A stretch of DNA of 64,000 nucleotides from Callorhinchus milii (Eukaryota): NCBI RefSeq assembly GCF_018977255.1, contig NW_024704743.1, positions 89,654,001-89,718,000 on the forward strand, in the 5' to 3' direction. A program made the translations under genes and the position numbers. This document shows positions 19,515-53,446 of the stretch, piece by piece (position 1 is the first letter of the stretch; each line of letters begins with the position of its first letter). The notes below the pieces were generated by a model. That model had not been told where the DNA came from. It made no database searches and saw only the letters and a program-made list of their open reading frames with translations.

Positions 19515-20764
19515 TTTTGCATAATACAATACAAAACAAAGACAAACCATTGCTTTCAGCACAGACTCACCAGATATCAGCAAAGTGAGCAATTCGCAGA
19601 ATGAGGCTGACACACAGAGGGAGCTGGAACTAATGAGCTACACATACATTAAAATAGCAAAATATACTATAAGTGCAAAAAGCATTTCTCATCTCATTAA
19701 TTTCATTTCTGATAAAATATTCCAAACATGTACAAATATAGCCTTATGTTTGCGTCAGCCACATTACCCATCATTTACCCAGACAAAGACTTAGCCATAG
19801 CATGTTGCAGCACAGAAACAGGCCACTTAACCCACCAACTCTGCACTTGTGTTTTTCTCCACATGAGCCAATCTAATTCCACTCTCCTGCTCACTTCCTT
19901 GCCCTTTGATTCTCTTCCTTGCTTATAAGCATTTAGTAACTCATGGTTACGAAATTACTAAATACTTACAAAATTGTGGTAATAAAAATTGGCTATTGCC
20001 CATATCTGTAAAAGAAACCTACAGAGAACTCTAGGTAAATATTATAAACAATGTGCTTCCATCCTTCAATACGGTCCCATATGTTACACAGGATTGTTAC
20101 TAAAGGTGTTCTACCCTTTCGTCAAATCATCACATGAAAGTGTTCTGAAAACAAAGCGAAGGATTAGATATAATTGAGGTAAATAAAAGCATCTCAATTG
20201 GTTGACCTGTTAAAGAATGCTTTGGAGAATTTGTTTAGCGTCCTGGTTATAATTTTGTAGTAAACATCAGATAAACTATATAAACGTTATTAAAAACTGA
20301 GACCACTTCCACAACAAAATGGATTGTAGGAGGTGTTAACATTGTTTCTATTGCAGTAAGAATTATAAATGGGTTTAATTCGCCCATCAGGCCCCCTCCC
20401 TCCACTAAAGCCCACCTTGGACTCCAACTTCTATGGTAAAGTTCAGCATTGATGTAGCCTGATCTGAAAAGATATCGGAGCAAAACCTTCAGGATATTTA
20501 TGTATCTCTACTAGTTAACCTACCTTCATATTATACCATGAACCATTCTGCCCCTTGGACTATTAGTCAGTTAAGTCTGCATCCCTTTCTATGTCTCCTA
20601 CTGCCCTTCCCAACCAGATGCCCATTGTGTCTTTTAAAAGATGTGAATTATAGAGTTAAATCTGTGAATAAAATATTTCTGGTTTTATTTTGCTGATGAC
20701 TAAAGCAGATGGATTATGTTAACAAAAGTATTTATCTGAACATTAACTTTACATGTAATTAATA

Positions 20765-21205
20765 GTAATAATAATTCTTACATGTGATATAGCACCTTAT
20801 CCCGTCGTTGAGAATTCCCCAAACGCTTCACAGGATATAATATAAAGTGAATTGACTATATTCTGTGGGCGAAATACAGTAGCTAGTTGCACACAGCAAT
20901 GCGCCACAAACAAAAATGGAGTGAGTGACCAATTGTATTTGGGAGGTTGTTGGCCAGGACACGGGGAGAAGCTCTCTTCTCTTTTCGAATAGTGCCATGG
21001 AATCTTTAACATCCAGAGAACAGGCAGATGGGACCTCAGTTTAACATCTCATCTGAAAGATGGCACATCAGACAATGCCACACATCCCCAGCACTGCATT
21101 GGAGTGTCAGGTTAGACTATGGGATTCGAAGTCCTGACACGGGGCTTGAACCCAAAACCTTCTACCTCAACGGCGAGTGACACACTGTCTGCCAGACTGA
21201 CACGC
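20765..21205 (-). mobile_element. DeuSINE-like element (tRNA head, Deu domain, L2-type tail)
   Basis: GACACTCCAATGCAGTGCTG...CAGATGAGATGTTAAACTGAGG...CCATGGCACTATT...GTCCTGGCCAAC resembles the Deu domain of SacSINE1/AmnSINE1/SINE3 as recalled. Confidence 0.75.
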
Positions 21206-21888
21206 ACATTGAATATAGTGAACAATACATTATTGTAATATTGTAATACATTGAATATAATGACCATTTCAATTGTAAAGAAAACAAGAATAAAAGGCAG
21301 CTCGCTATTTATTTTATCAGTTCATTTACTGTCTGCTTACTATTGGCTACTTCTTTTACAATGTAATTTGTGGTGTTATTTATGAATCTATGAATTAATA
21401 CTAGGATTGAATTATTTGGCCTCAAGTTTAAAATTCCAAAAATAAACTATGTTCTTGTATAAAATTATAAAGATTTGGACATAAATCAAAACATTTAAAA
21501 TAAGATGTTAGAAGCAAAATAAAATCAATTTACATAAATGGCAACTAAATAGCAACAAAATTACACAGAATTGTTTTTATCTCATCCAGTTTCATTATTC
21601 CCAGCGCCTTGGGACGTCCTCCCAACGTGAAAGGCGCTATACAAATGTAATCTCGTTGTTGTTGTTGTATTCCTTTTAATAGATTGCATTACTTTAAAAA
21701 AATTGATAGGTTAACAAATATAGATTCAAAAGTGTTCAAAACATATATAATGAACCTATATCTAAATACACTGTGAACATCATAATAAAACAATAGAGTG
21801 GCTGACACTGACAGCTTTGGCAAGTCTCTGCGTTCCACTGAATAGATTTATGTAACAATTCACTGAAGTTAGACTTTGTAACCAGATC

Positions 21889-43176
<21,288 letters not shown>

Positions 43177-44189
43177 TTCTTGACCTACAAAATGTTTAAA
43201 ACAACAGCATGTTTAATTTACACTGTTATGCATCCATTTAAATAAGCTGCTAAATATCCCCCTTTGGTATACAAACTCTGTTTTACACTCAAAATGCTGC
43301 CAGTAATTTTTTTAAAAGCAATTAACTGAGAACATTATATCTTCCAAACGTGCAATAAATTGTTATCACTCAGCTCAAAACCTGTTGGCCTGCAATCAGT
43401 ACAGGATCAAAAAAGATGATAACTAATCCACTTGTTTAACCCAGTGTAGATGTGAATGAGATGTTATCAGACGATGGTTACTATTATGGATGAAGTTGTG
43501 GGTTGCACTGCGGAGAGCAATTTGACAGACTCAGTAGAATTAGGTGTGAAACGTTAGAGCCAGTAAGAATATCACTGGTTTCTTCAACAACCATATATAT
43601 TTATATAATATTCTTCACACAGGTAGCTTCTCAAAGCGCTCACAGAAAGGAGGATCAGAGGAGTACAAGCATTTGAAACAGGAAAAGGCAGCAAGAATTC
43701 TCTAAGACCATTCCAGTCAGTTGGGTTTTGTTGTCCATCCATTGATACTACAAATCTGAAAGGTATAAAACATGGATTCTTCGCTATTTCAATTCTCATC
43801 CCCTCATCTTTAAGAAATATCAATCATTTTAAGTGCAAGCACAGCAGTAATAAAATAGAGCTTAGCTGTAGCTTTCTGAGGAAAAAACAATAATTCTTCC
43901 CCAACTTTAACTTATACTAAATGATGCATGAATCCTATTTACAAAACTGATCAATAATTTATTACTGCTGCCCTTATACACGCAATGTAAGAGACAGGAT
44001 ATAAAAACATTGCATCTTACACACAGATCAGATATAGTACCAACAAAATAGATTTAAATTCAGGAACAGTGGCAATTATTATCAGTGTTCTTTTAAATTG
44101 CTGATTGTTTATGGGTTCAAATATTCATTGAATTTACACTTAATGCTTCCTTTTTCAAATGTACAATACAAAGCAATTATCATTTACGA

Positions 44190-44645
44190 GATTGATACCA
44201 GGGATGAGGGACTTCATATTATATGGAGACTAGAGAGACTGGGATTGTTCTCCTCAGAGCTGAGAAGGTTGAGGGAAGATTTAAAAGAGGTGCTCAAAGT
44301 TATGAGGGATTTCGATTAGATAGGTGAGTAGATAGGTGGGTCGGTAACCAGAGGACACAGATTAAAGATAATTGCCAAAAGAACCAAAGGGGCGACGAGG
44401 AGAATTTTATTTACCCAGAGAATTGTTATGATCTCGAATGCACTTTCGGAAAGATGTGGTGATAGCAAATTCATTGTTGGTTTCAAAAGGGAATTGTATG
44501 GGTACTTGAAAAGGAAAAAACTGTAGGCTATGGAGCAAGATCAGGGGAGTGGGACTAGTGGATAGCTCTTTCAAAGAGTCGCCACAGGCACAGGCACGAT
44601 GGGCTGAATGGCCTCCTTCTGTGCTGTGAGATTCCCTGATTCCAT
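44190..44645 (+). mobile_element. CR1 3' end, tail-to-tail with the 45 kb copy
   Basis: RLERLGLFSSELRRLREDL and a GGGCTGAATGGCCTCCTTCTGTGCTG terminus. Confidence 0.8.
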
Positions 44646-45069
44646 GAACTGCTCAGTTGTTTAAACATACATTATTGGTCTCTCAGCATGAACTGATCAA
44701 AGTAATGCTGCAATACCATACAATTTATTTTTCTCTAACAGCATTGTAAAATCAAATTTAGGATAATCATCTATTCTTCTTTGAACTTCTAAGGCACAAT
44801 AATGTTTGCGTCGAGCATAATACTCAGATAAAAATATATCCCTGTCAATACTCATATACTGAAAACTAAATAATGACTCATAAAAGACAAAGAATTCTGT
44901 ATTCAAATGAGCTGCATAATCGATTTTATCACAAAACAGACCCATGTTATTTGATCACCTGCTTTGATCTTCTCCTCTTACTTCTGAACTCTTGCAATAC
45001 ATACTAGTGTATAACTCTACAAGCAAATTGGATCCCCAGCACCTCGCCAAGCGGACACACTTCATGTTT

Positions 45070-45800
45070 GAATCATAAAATCATAGAATTACACAGCACA
45101 GAAGGAGGCCATTCGGCCCATCTCATCTATGCCGGCTCCTTGAAAAGAGTTATCCAATTCAATTCCATTCCCCTGCGCTCTCCCCATAGCCCTGCAAACT
45201 TGTTCTCCCCAAATAATTAGTTACTTCTCTCTTAAAAGTTGTTATCGAATCGGCTTCCACCACCCTTTCAGGCAATGCATTTCAGATCTTCCAGATCCGA
45301 ACAACTCACTGTGTGAAAAAAATTCTCCTCAGCTCCCTTCTGTTTCTTTTAACAACTCTTTTAAATCGGTACCCTCGGGTTACCGACCCACCCACCATTG
45401 ACCCTCTCCGTTACTTCATCAAAAAACTTAGCATATTAGACATGATTTGCCTTAACAAATCCGTGTTGGCTGTCCTTTATTAACCCATATTTTTCTAAGT
45501 GAAAATTTATTTTGTCCTGGATTATAGTCTCTAGAAATTTCCCCACTACTGACGCTAGGCTGACTGGCCTGTAGTTCCCAGGTTTATCCTTCTCCCCCTT
45601 TTTGTACAGGGGAATAACATTCACAACCCTCCAGTCCTCTGGCACCACCCCGGTGTCCAAGGAGGAATGAAGGATCGTGGCCAGACCCTCCGTTATTTCC
45701 ACCCTTCCCTCGTAACCTAGGATGCATTGCGTCCGGACCGTGTGATTTGAGCACCGACAACCTTTTTAGTACCTCCTCTCGGTTTATTCTTATTTTATCC
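45070..45800 (-). mobile_element. CR1-clade LINE (RT fragment joined to 3' UTR)
   Basis: PEDWRVVNVIPLYKKGEKDKPGNYRPVSL...SQHGF. 3' end ATGGGCCGAATGGCCTCCTTCTGTGCTGTGTAATTCTATGATT, typical of shark CR1 tails. Confidence 0.85.
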
Positions 45801-46029
45801 AGAACCTAGACAAGTTATTTGATATCATTGGGAAGGCAATGATTTCCATTGCTTTTAAGGGAAATATTACAGCTAATCTTTGCATTTGTTTCAATGCTTT
45901 TCACATGGAAAGGATGTCTCAAAGTGATTCACAGGATTCACTGTTAGGTGTGATGACTGTGCATTTTGCAGGCAAAATAACCAAAATAAATAAAAATCTT
46001 CGACTGTACCCCATTCATCTTTTGCAGTT

Positions 46030-46390
46030 GTGGAGTCCTGTAGCTTAGTGCTTAGAACACTTGCCTCACAAGCAAGAGGATCTGGGTTTGATTCCTGGGC
46101 AGGGCAAAATGTTAGGGAAGTTTCCTTACTCCACACGCTACTGTTTACCAAGTAGGAATCTGGTTGTTAGTCGATTGGCAGATCGCTTTTCTGGGGGTAA
46201 CAATCCCTTCAAAACTTTTTTTTTTTTAAATATTATAATAATTTGGTCACTCAATCCACGACTATTTGTGGGACACTGCTGTGTGCAATTGGCTGTCGTG
46301 TTTTGCACACAAAATATACAGTCAACTCACTTTACAGTACATTTTGTGAAGTGTTTTGAGATGTCTTAAAGATGTGATAAGGTGCTATAT
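46030..46390 (+). mobile_element. tRNA-derived SINE family 1
   Basis: Full head, body and most of the tail. Confidence 0.8.
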
Positions 46391-46519
46391 GGGGAACTCA
46401 TAGGAAAGTGGCATTAGGTTAAGAGGCTCACGTTAAGAGTAACACTAACCCACATCCACCTTGGATGGGCCAAATGACCTGATTCTGTGCTGTAACATGC
46501 TATGATTCTGCAAAGCAGT

Positions 46520-47800
46520 TACAACAACAACAACCTGGATTTATATAGCGCCCTTCACGCCGGACGACGTCTCAGAGCGCTTTACAGTAACGGATCCCGG
46601 GACCGAGCCAGGGGGAGGGGGAGGAAGGTGACCAAAGGCGCGGTCGAAAAGAAAGGTCTTCAGCAGAGACCTGAAAATGGGAAGGGAGCGAGACGAAGGG
46701 AGTGAGGAAGGCAGTTCCAGAGCCTCGGGGCATAGTGGCTGAAGGCACGGCCGCCGAGGGTGGAGTGGAGGACTCGAGGGATGAGGAGGAGGCCAAACCC
46801 GGAGGAATGAAGGCAACAGGTACTGTTTTGAGGAGAGAGGAGGTCAGAGAGGTAGGGGGGTGCAGAGGATGACGTCCCCAAGAGGGAGCATGTAGATCAG
46901 AAAGAGGAGGGGGCCAAGGATGGATCCTTGGGGTACCCCACAGGTGACCGGGTGAGAGCGGGAGGAGAAGCCGTTTGTGCAGATGTACTGCTGGCGGTTT
47001 GTGAGGTAGGACTCGAACCAGGCAAGTGCGGTCCCACTGAGGTGGATGACAGAGGAAAGGCGGTGGAGGAGGATGGCCGTGATCGACTGTGTCGAACGCG
47101 GTGGAGAGGTCCAGGAGGACAAGAAGGCAGAGGGAGCCCTGGTCACAGATAGAGAGGATGTCGTTTGTGACTTTGTGTACTGTGGGCGGAAACCGGACTG
47201 GAGGGGTTCAAAGTGGGAGGAGAGATGTGCGCGGAGTTGATTGGCAACAACACGTTCTAGAATTTTTGAGAGGAAGGGCAGGTTAGAAATAGGGCGGTAA
47301 TGGCTGGGGTTTGAGGGATCCAGGGAGGGTTTTTTCAGGAGGAGGCTGATGACAACAGTTTTGAGGGAGGCAGGGATTGATCCAGAGGAGAGGAACTGGT
47401 TGATGATGTCAACCAGTCCCAGTAGTGGGCAGAGGAGGGGGAGCTGGGTGACCAGCAAGTGGGTGGGGAGGGGGTCGAGGCGGCAGGTGGTGGGTTTCAT
47501 AGAGATGATGGTGGGTGAGAGGGAGGGGGGAGAGATGGGGAGGAAGGAATGTAGAAAGGGGGTGGTGGTAGGAGCAGATGATGAGGAAAGTGAGGGGGAC
47601 AGACAGGGCGTGGTGGTGGTGGTGGGTGACAAGGGGCAGGAGAATGAGGCCGCCCGGCGGATGTTAAGTATTTTAGAAGAAAAGAAGTCCATGAGCTCCT
47701 CGCACTTGGCATTTGATACGAAGATTGAGGAGGCCTGAGGGTGGGGCCACGGAGGAGGTCGCGGGGCGGTGGAAAGAAGGATTCTCATTATGACTTGGGC
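46520..47800 (-). mobile_element. L2-clade LINE of a different subfamily, internally deleted, head-to-head with the 48 kb copy
   Basis: ORF 46844-47803 has [17 protein letters not shown] and [10 protein letters not shown]. It jumps directly to C-terminal/3' UTR sequence at about 46860. (AAC)n tail at about 46521. Confidence 0.8.
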
Positions 47801-47984
47801 CACTCCGCTCGCTGGCTCGCTGTCGGGGAGCGGCGGCAGGACAGCGCGGGGAGGAGCCTGGGCCTACTGACCCAGGTACTTAAACTCGACGCCGGAGCGA
47901 GTTCAGCCCCGGGGGAGGGGAGGGAGGTGTGGGGAAGGAGCGGGGGAACTGCGACGTCATAGATTAGTTTTCAGGTACGTGTGC

Positions 47985-50900
47985 GCGCACAAAAAAACAA
48001 ACAAAAACCCTCTGCGCCCCCCCTCCCCCCCCCAGGGCTCACATCAGAGCCCACTATGGTCCTGTTGGGTTCGCTGCCCCAATCTACGGGATAATGCCAT
48101 CCACCTGACCGCTCGCTCCCGGTCCCCGCGTGCGCACTATGGCTGCCGCTTTGACCCGAGCCCCCTCACGCCCTCCCTCCCGCCCCCCTCCTCTCTCCCC
48201 CCAAACCCTCCCCCCTCTGCATCTCTCCCGCTCTCTCCTCCTCTCTCTCCGTCCCTCTCGTCTTCTATCCCCACTTGACCCTCCCACAACCTCCCACAAC
48301 CTCCCCAGCCTGGGAATCCTCCGCCGGGCTCACCGTGGCACTCGGCGTTGGCTGTCCAGCAGCAGCCACACCGACTGCCCCATTCCCCACCACACTCGCC
48401 ACCCACCCCGGACACAGACCCGGGGAGTCAACCTCTCCTCCCTCATCCCCATCCCCCCACCCCTGCCTCACAACCTGGACCCCCCTCCCCTCCCACACAC
48501 CCTTCTGTCAACCGCTCCCTCCACATCGGACTGCAAAATGTCCGCTCCCTCTGCAACAAGGCCCTGGTCATCAACGATCTCATCCTTGATGAGAACGTTG
48601 ATATCATGGCCTTAACAGAAACCTGGCTCACCCCAGGCGACACCTTCCCCCTCACGGAGGCCACGCCACCCGGCTACACCTCCCACCACATCCCCCGCCC
48701 CAACCGCCGTGGCGGTGGTGTTGCCCTTATCTCAAGGACACCACTTGCCCTATCCCCCTACTCCACTGGCTCTTTCCCCTCCTTTGAGCACCTCACCCTC
48801 TCCCACCCCTCATTCCTCTCCCTTAAAATCCTCCTCCTCTACCGGCCCCCTAAAACCTCTCCCACCTTCATCTCTGACATTTCAACACTCCTCACATCTC
48901 TTTGCCTCTGCTCTGATCGCCTCATCATCCTGGGCGACTTTAACCTACACTTCACCCCCTCCTGCTCCATCTCCACAGACTTCTCTTCCCTGCTCTCCTC
49001 ACTCAACCTCTCCTTACACATAAACTCCCCCACTCACAGTCACGGCCACCCACTCGATTTGGTGATCACCCGGGGCCTCAGTGTCTCGGATGTCACTATT
49101 ACCGACAAGGCCATCTCTGACCACCACTTCATCTCCTTCACCACCTCCACCCCCCTCCCCACCTCCACCAGACCCACCACCATCTTCTACCGCCCTTGGA
49201 AGAAGTTACCCCCACAATCCCTAACCGATGCCTTGGAGTCCTCTGAACTCCTCTCCCTCTGGCCTTCAACCCTCACCGACCCCTCTTCTCCTCTCTCCCT
49301 CCTCCACAATACCTCTCCTCCACACTCGATACTCTTGCCCCCATCACTTCCCGCACTGTCTCCTACTCCCGCTCCTCCCCCTGGTACACCACCCACCTCC
49401 GCTCACTGAAAGCCAGGTGCGGGCTGCTGAACGCACCTGTGTCAAATCTGGCCTAACGGTCCACCGACAAATCTGGCTGGACCTCCTCAAAATTTACCGC
49501 TCCACTCTAGCCTCGGCCAAGTCGTCCTTCTACTCCAGGATAATCCTGGAGGCGAAGAACAACCCCAGGCTACTGTTTTCCACCACAACCCGACTCCTCC
49601 GTCCCCCCCGCCACCCCGCGCAGGTCATCTCCTCCAACCTTCACTGCGAGGAGATGCTGGATTTCCTTGAATCCAAGATCAAGGGAATCCGCTCCGCGGT
49701 CACTTCCCCTCCAACTTCCACCCACCACCCACCCCTTCCCTCCCACACTCCGACTCCTACCCATCCTCCCCTACACACCTTCGTACCCGTTTCCCCACCC
49801 TCTGTCACTGAACTCATCCTATCCCTAAAACCAACCACCTGCTCCCTTGACCCCATCCCCACTCCACTCCTTATCTCCCAGCTCCACTTTCTTGCCCCAC
49901 ATATCACTGACATCATCAACCTGTCCCTCTCCTCTGGCTCTGTCCCCATTCCATTAAAAACTGCCATCATCACGCCCACCCTGAAAAAACCCTCCCTTGA
50001 TGCGTCGCAGCTATCAAGCTACCGGCCCATCTCCAACCTCCCCTTTCTCTCCAAGGTCTTGGAAAGAGTTGTCGCCTCCCAACTGCGCTCTTTCCTTTCC
50101 ACCCATTCTCTTTTTGAACCCCTTCAGTCAGGTTTCCGTGCTGCCCATAGCACAGAAACTGCCCTGGTCAAGGTCACCAATGATATCCTGACCATCTGTG
50201 ACCAGGGCTCCCTCTGTCTCCTCGTCCTCCTCGACCTATCGGCAGCATTCGATACGGTCGACCACGCTATCCTACTCCACCGCTTGTCCTCCCACCTCAA
50301 CCTTCAAGGCACTGTCCTTGAATGGTTTAGGTCGTACCTTTCTCACCGTCTTCACTTTGTCTCGACGAATGGCTTCTCCTCCACCCCCCGTACTGTCTCA
50401 TGTGGTGTCCCTCAGGGCTCTGTCCTCGGTCCCCTCCTCTTCACCCTCTATATGCTCCCCCTTGGTGACATCATCCGCAGACATGGGTTAACTTCCACAT
50501 GTATGCGGATGACACCCAACTCTACCTTTCCTCCTCTACTCTCAACTCCACGACCACCGATGTCCTGACAGCCTGCCTGTCCGACATCGAGTCCTGGACG
50601 AGAGACAACTTTCTTCAGCTCAACGTGCGAAAAACCGAGGCCCTCCTGATTGGCTCACGTCAGCGCCTCCGCACCTCAGGCGCTGACACCATCAGCATCC
50701 AAGGCTGCACTCTCCACCTCTCAAAGCCAGTCAGGAACCTCGGCGTTTTGTTCGACCCTGAGCTGTCCTTTCTCCCTCACATCCGCACCACAACTGGCAC
50801 CGCCTTCCATCACCTCCGGAACATCGCCAGACTACGGCACTACCTCACCCCTCACGCTGCTGAAACCCTGGTTCACGCCTTTGTCACCTCAAGGCTGGAC

Positions 50901-51590
50901 TATGGGAACTCTCTCCTCGCCGGCCTTCCCGCCACCTCCCTCCACAAGCTGCAGGTCATTCAGAACTCTGCAGCTCGTGTACTGTCCCGCACCAGGCTTC
51001 GGGACCACATCACTCCCACCCTCGCTCGCCTCCACTGGCTCCCCATCCCCCAGAGGATTGATTTCAAGATCCTCATCCTCACCTACAAGGCCATTCACGG
51101 CCTTGCTCCCTCCTACCTCTCCAACCTACTATCCCCCTACCTACCTGCCCGTACCCTCCGTTCCTCTGGCTCCGGTCTGCTCCACGTCCCCCGCCCCAAC
51201 CGCCCTACCATCGGTGGTCGGGCCTTCAGCCTCTCAGCCCCGAGGCTCTGGAACTCCATCCCCCAGTGCCTTCGCCGCTTCCTCCCTTTCCTCCTTCAAG
51301 GCCGGTCTCAAAACCTTTCTCTTTGACCGAGCCTTCAGCTCCCCTCTCGACTCTCTTCCCCCTCCTCGCTCCCTCCCTTCCCTCCCCTCACCCTGACCAT
51401 TTCCCCCCTCCTCCTCCCTCCCTCCCCTCACCCTGACCATTTCCCCCCTCCTCGCTCCCTCCCTTCCCTCCCCTCACCCTGACCATTTCCCCCCTGCTCA
51501 GGTCCTGACCCAACTGTGCAGCGCCTTGGGACGTCCTCCTGACGTGAAAGGCGCTTTATAAATGGAATCTTGTTGTTGTTGTTGTTGTTG
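47985..51590 (+). mobile_element. Near full-length single-ORF L2-clade LINE, same young family, few indels
   Basis: ORF segments 48348-49409, 49228-50568 and 50499-51326 carry APE, RT and C-terminal motifs. Same 5' start (ACAAAAACAAACAAAAA..CCTCTGCGCCCCCC) as the 39.4 kb copy. (GTT)n tail. May extend 5' to about 47800. Confidence 0.92.
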
Positions 51591-51992
51591 CCTGTGAATC
51601 CGGAAGGATCACTGCTGGAACAACTCAAGTCTCACCCGCTGTTACCCAACCTGCAGTTGCTTCAGGGTTTCCTGCAGACTGTGCAAAAGCCTCTGAAAGA
51701 GCTGCTCCCAACAAAACAAGTCAAGGAACGAAAACGAAAACAAACTGCACTGTGTGGGCAACAGCCTCTCGTCCCATCGCACAGAGAAAATCTGTGCACA
51801 AGTTGCCAGGAGCACAGACACACACACACACACAGACACAGACACATACTGCTGTGCACAGAGCGGGTTTAGATGGAGGAAGAAGGAGGTGTGTCACATG
51901 AGAGGAGTGACCCCCTCTGCAACACGAGAGAGAGAGAGAGAGGAGAGGTTTACAGCAGTTACAGTGAGAGATGGGTTTAGAAAGTGCAATAC

Positions 51993-52310
51993 CTGAATGT
52001 TGTTGGCGCCTGTGACAGGGCGGAGGGGGGGAGGCCCTGAGCCGTGAAGCGCGGCTCTGTGTGTGTGTGACTGACTGACTCACTGTGGGAGAGAGGGAGG
52101 GAAGGAGAGAGAGAGAGAGAGGTGTTGAGAGGCTGCGGCTGTCACTGGGCTCAGCCCCGCGCATGCGCCGCCCCAGCCCGAAGCCACTGTGGGCGGGTTG
52201 GGCGGGTTGGGCGGCTTTGGGGGGGGCGTGTTCACGCCCCATTGGGCGGCTTTTGCGCGTGGGGCTTTCCGCCAAAACGCCTTTGGGCGGGGGCTTCGTT
52301 GCCCTTTTTT
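51993..52310 (-). promoter_or_regulatory. CpG-island promoter and probable non-coding first exon of copine B
   Basis: Donor CAG|GTATTG at 51993/51992. NRF1-type palindrome GCGCATGCGC at 52159-52168, tandem GGGCGG boxes at about 52190-52216, ATTGG at 52241, E2F-like TTTCCGCCAAAA at 52266-52277. Confidence 0.65.
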
Positions 52311-53446
52311 TAAAAGGAAGAATGTAATCCTGCAAAACGTGCTTTAACAGCAGCAAAAAAATTTGTTGTTGCTGTTAACCGTACCCCGAGGAGAGGTTTC
52401 CCTGGGCTTTCTTGGTTCGGTTGCGTTGGCAGAGGTTAAAGCTTTGCTCTGAGATTAAATTCTCATTTCCATTTAAAGTCTTACACAGCTCTATCAAGTT
52501 GCCTCGGAGACGTCTCTTTCAATGCTGAACAGCTTTACTTTGTCTGAACAGGGATGATCCTTGTTTGTTTTCTCTACATTGTGTCTAATAATCGTGCGCC
52601 TTATCATGCCATAAAGACGTCTCAAAGCTCTTCACAGAATATATTGAAAAGTGCATTGACTGCGTGTTTTGTGGGCGAAACATGGCAGCCAATTGCGCAC
52701 AGCAGTGTCCCACGAACCATTGTATTCCATGATATTCAATGACACAGAAATAAATGAGCACTTACTGTGAGTGAACTTCGAAAAAAACAATGTGAGTTGT
52801 CGTCATGGTTTTCTAGTCAAGTGCTGTCAGGCTTATGAATAAATTTGTCTCTGTTTCCCAAAAGCAGACAGCACTATGAAAGAAAATGTATTACTACAAT
52901 AATGAGCTGCTAAGCATCTCCACCATCTCCAGACCTACGGGTGCAGTTGTTCCTGGGTTGCATGGCTCTGTAATGACGCCCTTTTGTGTTTGCAGAGCAG
53001 AATCCACAGCGCAAGCAGCCACAGGGTAATGTAAAGACATTATTATTCAAACCGATCAGTGGCATCACAGAGGAGTGTGGCGTTCCTATGCAAATGAAAA
53101 CATACCCATGTAAAAACTGGCACTGGCCCAATATATAGGGAAGGAAAGATTCATATTTACTAAGATATCACTCAAACAGACCTGCACACATTAAGCAGAT
53201 ATACAGTAAAGAATGGAGGATGGTACAGTATTTAATGGGAAGAAATGTAAAGCAATGGCCATTTCTACAGGCACCTTAACATGCATACACAATGACCAAA
53301 TGAAGAATCTATGAAGAATGAGGGAGCCATAGCTTTTCTGACTCATTGAAGGAGTTTGCTGCATTGAAGGAGTTTGCTGCATTCCTTCACTGTGTGGATA
53401 ATGGGTGGTGTTGATGATTCATTTAAAATAACAAAGGCAGTACAGT

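Noticed and set aside
51360..51496. Triplicated CCCTCACCCTGACCATTTCCCCCCT unit
   Set aside because: Local slippage within the L2 3' UTR; not a spacer-containing array.
51636..51760. Possible second 5' UTR exon of B (donor CGG|GTGAG at 51636/51635)
   Set aside because: Acceptor is ambiguous (several AGs); cannot be supported without transcripts.
51721..52356. 211-aa minus-strand ORF
   Set aside because: Runs through a GC-rich promoter and (CA)n/(GA)n microsatellites; low complexity and no recognisable domain.
53344..53383. 18-bp tandem duplication CATTGAAGGAGTTTGCTG x2
   Set aside because: Ordinary slippage duplication with no sign of function.
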